Source: a virus (taxonomy: Duplodnaviria; Caudoviricetes). From it: a stretch of DNA of 64,000 nt. Every line of letters begins with the position of its first letter. The first letter of the stretch is position 1. The position numbers and the translations under genes were made by a program. The notes under the pieces were generated by a model. The model was not told the origin of the DNA and searched no databases. It was given only the letters and a program-made list of their open reading frames with translations. Below, in pieces: positions 59,854-64,000 of the stretch. The stretch is from positions 10,030-74,029 of IMG/VR virus record IMGVR_UViG_3300042196_000163. One strand, written 5' to 3'.

Positions 59854-61331
59854 ACGCCCTCGTCCCCATCTCGGCGCCCGAGCTCAGGCTGCCGCCGCAC
59901 AATTTCGAAGCCGAGATGGCGCTGCTCGGCGCCCTCATGGCGAACAATCGCGCCTGGGACGACGTCGCGCATTTCTTGAAGCCGGAACACTTCGCCGACG
60001 ACCGCCACGGCAGGATCTACGAGGCCTGTGGCAAGCTGATCGAGCGCGGCCACACCGCCAACGCCATCACCCTCAAGAACCACTTCGAGCAGGATGCCAG
60101 CCTCACCGATGTCGGCGGCGCGCAGTATCTGGCGCGCCTCACCGCCGCGGTCATCTCGATCATGAACGCGCCGCAGTACGGCCAGGCCATCCTCGACCTC
60201 TACCTGCGCCGCCAACTCATCCTCAAATGCGAGGAGTGGCGCGCGGCCGCGCTCGATGATGAGGACATGGCGCTCACCGGCGTCGGCCGCATCGAGATGG
60301 TCGAAGCAGATTGCTCGGCGCTGGCCGAAGGTGCGGAATCATCGGGCGGCCCCGAAGCGGTGGGCGAAGCCTTGGGACGACAGGTCAAATCGATCGAGAC
60401 GGCATGGAAGGCTGATGGCCACGTCGCCGGCATCGCCACGGGCTTGCGCGAGCTCGACCTCAAGATCGGCGGGCTGTACCCCAGCGACCTGATTATCGTC
60501 GCCGGTCGGCCGGGCGCCGGTAAGACTGCCTTGGCAACCACGATCATGAAGAACGTGGCGGGCGCCTACCGCGAGGAGCGCCAGGCCGACGGTTCGGTGC
60601 AGATCGTCGCCGGCGCCAAGGTCGGGTTCTTCTCGCTCGAGATGTCGAAGGACCAGATCAGCGCACGCATCCTAGCCGACGAAACCGGCATCGGTACCGA
60701 TCGGCAGCGCCGCGGCGGCGTCGACGCCCTCGATATGGGCAACCTCGTCGAAGCGCAAAACCGGCTGCGCCATCTATCGATCTTCATCGACGACACCGCA
60801 TCGGCCTCGGTCGCCATGATCCGATCGCGCGCGCGACGCTTGAAGCGCCGGCGCGGCATTGGCCTGGTGGTGATCGACTATCTGCAGCTGATGGGCGGCG
60901 CCGGCAAGGCCGAGAACCGCGTCCTCGAGCTGTCGGCCATCACCCGCGGGCTCAAGGCCCTGGCCAAGGATCTCGCCATCCCGGTGGTGGCGTTGTCCCA
61001 GCTCAGCCGCGCCGTCGAGCTGCGGGAGGACAAGCGGCCGCAGCTCTCCGACCTTCGTGAATCCGGCTCGATCGAGCAGGACGCCGACAGCGTCATCTTC
61101 GTCTACCGGGAGGAGTATTACCTGCAGAAGCTGAAACCAAGACAGCGGGAGAACGAGAACCAGCCGGCCTTTCAGATCAGGCTCGATGAGTGGGGTGCCG
61201 CCATGGAGCGCGTGAAGGGCTTGGCGGAACTGATCATCGGCAAGAATCGGCATGGGGCCGTTGCAACCGTCGAGTGCCATTTCGACGGTGCCCGCACCCG
61301 ATTTTCTAACCTAGGGAGGCTCGAGGTATGA
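59850..61331 (+). CDS. dnaB: Replicative DNA helicase
   Basis: PPHNFEAE; GRPGAGKT; FSLEMS; VIDYLQL; LSQLSR..PQLSDLRESGSIEQDAD; KNRHG. Confidence 0.97.
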   Translation: MNALVPISAPELRLPPHNFEAEMALLGALMANNRAWDDVAHFLKPEHFADDRHGRIYEACGKLIERGHTANAITLKNHFEQDASLTDVGGAQYLARLTAAVISIMNAPQYGQAILDLYLRRQLILKCEEWRAAALDDEDMALTGVGRIEMVEADCSALAEGAESSGGPEAVGEALGRQVKSIETAWKADGHVAGIATGLRELDLKIGGLYPSDLIIVAGRPGAGKTALATTIMKNVAGAYREERQADGSVQIVAGAKVGFFSLEMSKDQISARILADETGIGTDRQRRGGVDALDMGNLVEAQNRLRHLSIFIDDTASASVAMIRSRARRLKRRRGIGLVVIDYLQLMGGAGKAENRVLELSAITRGLKALAKDLAIPVVALSQLSRAVELREDKRPQLSDLRESGSIEQDADSVIFVYREEYYLQKLKPRQRENENQPAFQIRLDEWGAAMERVKGLAELIIGKNRHGAVATVECHFDGARTRFSNLGRLEV

Positions 61332-61341
61332 GCTCGAAGCC

Positions 61342-61695
61342 ATGAGTTGCGGAAGAATTTCGGCTCATTTGAGCGATGCGGCAATTGGGGGCTTGGTCGG
61401 TCGGATCGTTGCGGCGCTGCCGGTGGCTGCGCCAATTCCTTTTCCGATCGCGTATCCGTTGCACGGCACCGGTCGAAACAGTGGCCCACAAAGGCGCTGG
61501 GCGGCTCGGAAGCGGATTTGGGAACGCACCGGAGGACGATGCGCTTATTGCCACCAAGCCCTCGATCAGCGATTCGAAATCGACCACGTTGTGCCTCGGT
61601 TCCGCGGTGGTCCTAATCGCACGGTCAACATGTTGCCGGCTTGTCCGGCGTGCAACATCGAAAAGGGTGGCGGCATGCCCAGAGGTGTCGCATGA
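61342..61695 (+). CDS. HNH endonuclease
   Basis: CAYC..IDHVVP..GG.N..N..AC..CN..KG. Confidence 0.85.
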   Translation: MSCGRISAHLSDAAIGGLVGRIVAALPVAAPIPFPIAYPLHGTGRNSGPQRRWAARKRIWERTGGRCAYCHQALDQRFEIDHVVPRFRGGPNRTVNMLPACPACNIEKGGGMPRGVA

Positions 61696-62738
61696 GCTAC
61701 GGCAAGGTCAAGGACACGTTCTGGACGGACGACAAAATCATCGGTCTTTCGGACGCCCCGAAGCTGCTCGCGCTCTACCTGTTGAGCGGGCCGCATCGCA
61801 ACGCAATTGGGTGCATGCGTCTGCCTCTGGGCTATATCTGGGAGGACCTTGGATGGTCCGAGGAAGGGGCTGCGGAGGCCCTTCAATGCCTCTCCTCGAT
61901 TGGGTTCATCACCAGGGACGAGGCGACCGGTTGGACGCTGGTCAACAACGTCCTCAAGCACGATCCAATTAAGCAGGACAAAGCTGGTATCGGCGCCGCC
62001 AAGCTCGCTATGGCCGTGCCCAAGAATACAAAGGTGTATCAACTTCTTAAGGAGAAGCTTGAGCCGCAATTGATGATAGCCCTTAAGGGCAAAAAGGATG
62101 TGCCTGGATGGCCCATGCCAGAGGCTTCTATGGCCCTCCAATATGAGCCTGACGTGGTACCGGCAAGGCCCTACGAAGGGCCTTCGAAGGCCCAGCCTTC
62201 TCCGGAACCTTCTCCGGAGCCCTTACCTAAGCCAGAGCCGCAGCCCCAGTTTGGCGATACCCCATCGATGGGTCAGCCGCGCGGCTCGGCTGAAGTTAAA
62301 CCCAATCCGGATCCCGCAGTCGAAATCATCGCGCTGTTCGACCGCGTGCAGGCCGAGGTCTTCGGGCCGCAGCAACGCCAGATGCCTGCCGGTGACGACA
62401 TCGTTTTTGCCCGACGATGGCGCGAAGCCGGCGCGGATCTCGGGCTGCTCGGGGCGCTGTTCCATGCCCGCTTTGCCGCCCGCAAGGGGTCCGGTGCCGA
62501 CGCGCCGCGATCGCTGAAATATCTCGATGCGGCGGTAAACGACGCTCTGCGCGCGGCGACGCAAACCGGCGCCCGGCCGCAAGCACCACCCCCGGCCATG
62601 ACCCCGGAAATGGAGGCAAAATCGAAACGCTACACCGACGCCGTGAACCGCTGGCACGCCGACGGGATGCAGGGCCAGATGCCGAAGCCCGAAGAGTTTG
62701 GGCTTCCGCCGCGCGTCAAAACTACAGCTGCGGCCTAG
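61692..62738 (+). CDS. Replication initiator/replisome-organiser-like protein
   Basis: YGKVKDTFWTD..KLLALYLLS.PH.N..GC winged-helix N-terminus; Pro-rich linker; SLKYLDAAV DnaD-like end. Confidence 0.65.
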   Translation: MSYGKVKDTFWTDDKIIGLSDAPKLLALYLLSGPHRNAIGCMRLPLGYIWEDLGWSEEGAAEALQCLSSIGFITRDEATGWTLVNNVLKHDPIKQDKAGIGAAKLAMAVPKNTKVYQLLKEKLEPQLMIALKGKKDVPGWPMPEASMALQYEPDVVPARPYEGPSKAQPSPEPSPEPLPKPEPQPQFGDTPSMGQPRGSAEVKPNPDPAVEIIALFDRVQAEVFGPQQRQMPAGDDIVFARRWREAGADLGLLGALFHARFAARKGSGADAPRSLKYLDAAVNDALRAATQTGARPQAPPPAMTPEMEAKSKRYTDAVNRWHADGMQGQMPKPEEFGLPPRVKTTAAA

Positions 62739-62742
62739 CCCG

Positions 62743-62949
62743 ATGACGCGCGCTGCCTTCGCCCCGCTGATCTCCGACCAGCGCGCCGCGCCGCCGGCCG
62801 TCCTCGACGACATGCGCCGGCGCGCTTGGACCGAGCAATCGATCGGCGTGCTCTACCCGCATGAAATCGAGGATGAAGCGCTGCGGGAAAAGTTCATCGA
62901 AACGCTCAACCGAATCTTCGGCCAACGCAAAAACGGGTGTTTCACGTGA
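62743..62949 (+). CDS. Hypothetical protein
   Basis: GTGA-coupled to the next gene. Confidence 0.5.
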   Translation: MTRAAFAPLISDQRAAPPAVLDDMRRRAWTEQSIGVLYPHEIEDEALREKFIETLNRIFGQRKNGCFT

Positions 62950-62953
62950 AACC
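62938..62953. promoter_or_regulatory. parS-like site TGTTTCACGTGAAACC
   Basis: 15/16 match to the canonical chromosomal parS TGTTTCACGTGAAACA, with a perfect 14-bp palindromic core. Confidence 0.7.
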
Positions 62954-63464
62954 ACTCTTGGAACCACTCTGGTACGTCGCGACGACGAAGCCCAACGAGG
63001 AGACGAAAGCGCGAGACTGGCTGCTGGATTACGGCCTGAACGTGCGGCTGCTGCGCTACAAGGGCCAGCGCATCATGGCTGGGCGCAGGGTGACATGCCT
63101 CAAGCCGCTGCTGCCAGGCTACCTGTTCGTCGAGCTCGACATTCGGGTGCAGCAGTGGGGCTTCATCGCAAACACCTACGGCTGCACCGGCATGATCATG
63201 CGGGGTGACGTGCCGGCAGCGCTCACCGAGGACGAAGCCAAGACGGTGTTCAGCCGCTGCGACAGCAAGGACATCGTCGAGGACATTCGGCTGCCATATC
63301 GGCGCAAGGCCACGTTGAAGCTAATCGATGGACCTGAAAGCATGCGCGATCTCAGCGTCATCTTCGACGAGCCAGACGAGCGCAACCGCATCTGGATCCT
63401 GCTCAACGTCCTTGGCGCGGTGCGGCGCATCAGCGTGCCGGCGGTGTGGTGCGAGGCTGTATGA
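62946..63464 (+). CDS. NusG-family transcription factor (candidate late antiterminator)
   Basis: WYVATTKPNEE..PLLPGYLFV (NGN domain) plus a KOW-like VKLIDGP-type tail. Confidence 0.8.
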   Translation: MKPLLEPLWYVATTKPNEETKARDWLLDYGLNVRLLRYKGQRIMAGRRVTCLKPLLPGYLFVELDIRVQQWGFIANTYGCTGMIMRGDVPAALTEDEAKTVFSRCDSKDIVEDIRLPYRRKATLKLIDGPESMRDLSVIFDEPDERNRIWILLNVLGAVRRISVPAVWCEAV

Positions 63465-63473
63465 CGCAATATC

Positions 63474-63502
63474 TTGACTTAAGAAAGCTGTTGCCGTACA
63501 AG
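63474..63502 (+). promoter_or_regulatory. Late (PR'-like) promoter TTGACT-N17-TACAAG
   Basis: Immediately after the NusG paralogue; 17-bp spacer. Confidence 0.65.
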
Positions 63503-63639
63503 GGCTTCGCCGTTTGGGCCCATGCGTCCGAACCGGCGGAAGCCCGCCAAGGCACCGAAAACCCCCGTAAATCCGATGCAAAGTGAACGCGCGAAGCCGC
63601 GCTTGCGCATGCAGGCGCCGCGCATCAAGTTGGCGTCCA

Positions 63640-63972
63640 ATGAGGCATAAGCCGGGGTTCTATCAATCGAAGGCGTGGCGCGCGTTTCGCGCCAAGATCC
63701 TTGCGGCTCGACCAACCTGTGAGACTCCCGGCTGCGGTCGCCCATCGACACGAGTTGACCATCGCGTAACTCTACGCAACGGCGGCGCCGGATTCGACCC
63801 GGGGAACGTGCGCGCGCGGTGCCCGGGATGTGATAGCCAGAAGACGGCACGCAGTGATGGCGCGTTTGGAAACCCACGTGGCGCGCCCGTAGAGCCCAAT
63901 GCCAAGGGCTGCCGTGCCGATGGGCGACCGCGCGATCCAACGCACCCTTGGAACGCCGGTAGGGGGGTGTGA
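63640..63972 (+). CDS. Terminase-associated HNH endonuclease (gp74-like)
   Basis: FYQSKAWR..C...GC..VDHRV..GG..N....C..C..KT; located at the start of the late region. Confidence 0.8.
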   Translation: MRHKPGFYQSKAWRAFRAKILAARPTCETPGCGRPSTRVDHRVTLRNGGAGFDPGNVRARCPGCDSQKTARSDGAFGNPRGAPVEPNAKGCRADGRPRDPTHPWNAGRGV

Positions 63973-64000
63973 CTTTCAATTTGCCGTTTACCCTTAGAGA

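Overview
GC-rich 64-kb segment of a temperate, long non-contractile-tailed (siphovirus-like) phage of an alphaproteobacterial host; the host call is inferred from GcrA-, GapR- and MmcB-like genes. The window starts inside the morphogenesis operon and runs through glycosylation-like genes, two very large surface/lyase-like proteins, head-tail joining genes, tail tube, frameshifted tail chaperones, tape measure, tail tip and an expanded lysis module (1-28985). Next come a methyltransferase/DegT sugar-modification pair, a divergent array of about 17 mostly tiny genes joined by a repeated stop+RBS linker and centred on a serine recombinase (31214-37083), and an apparently intact attP carrying the 5' half of tRNA-Thr(UGU) beside a tyrosine integrase and excisionase. 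The leftward early operon includes a solo TnpB, RecT, vWA and J-domain genes. It is followed by a cI/cro switch and a rightward early/replication operon (GcrA, GapR, RuvC, ParB-MT-A70, DnaB, initiator, NusG paralogue), and ends at a terminase-type HNH gene. Terminase, portal and capsid genes are not in the window. attP has phage genes on both sides and no 3' tRNA half is seen, so this looks like the excised/free form rather than an integrated prophage. Most notable: the cassette-like array, a near-canonical parS site, the 5'-half tRNA attP, candidate virion-glycosylation genes and a rearranged-RuvC TnpB with flanking repeats. All family assignments come from motif recognition by eye; no database searches were run.
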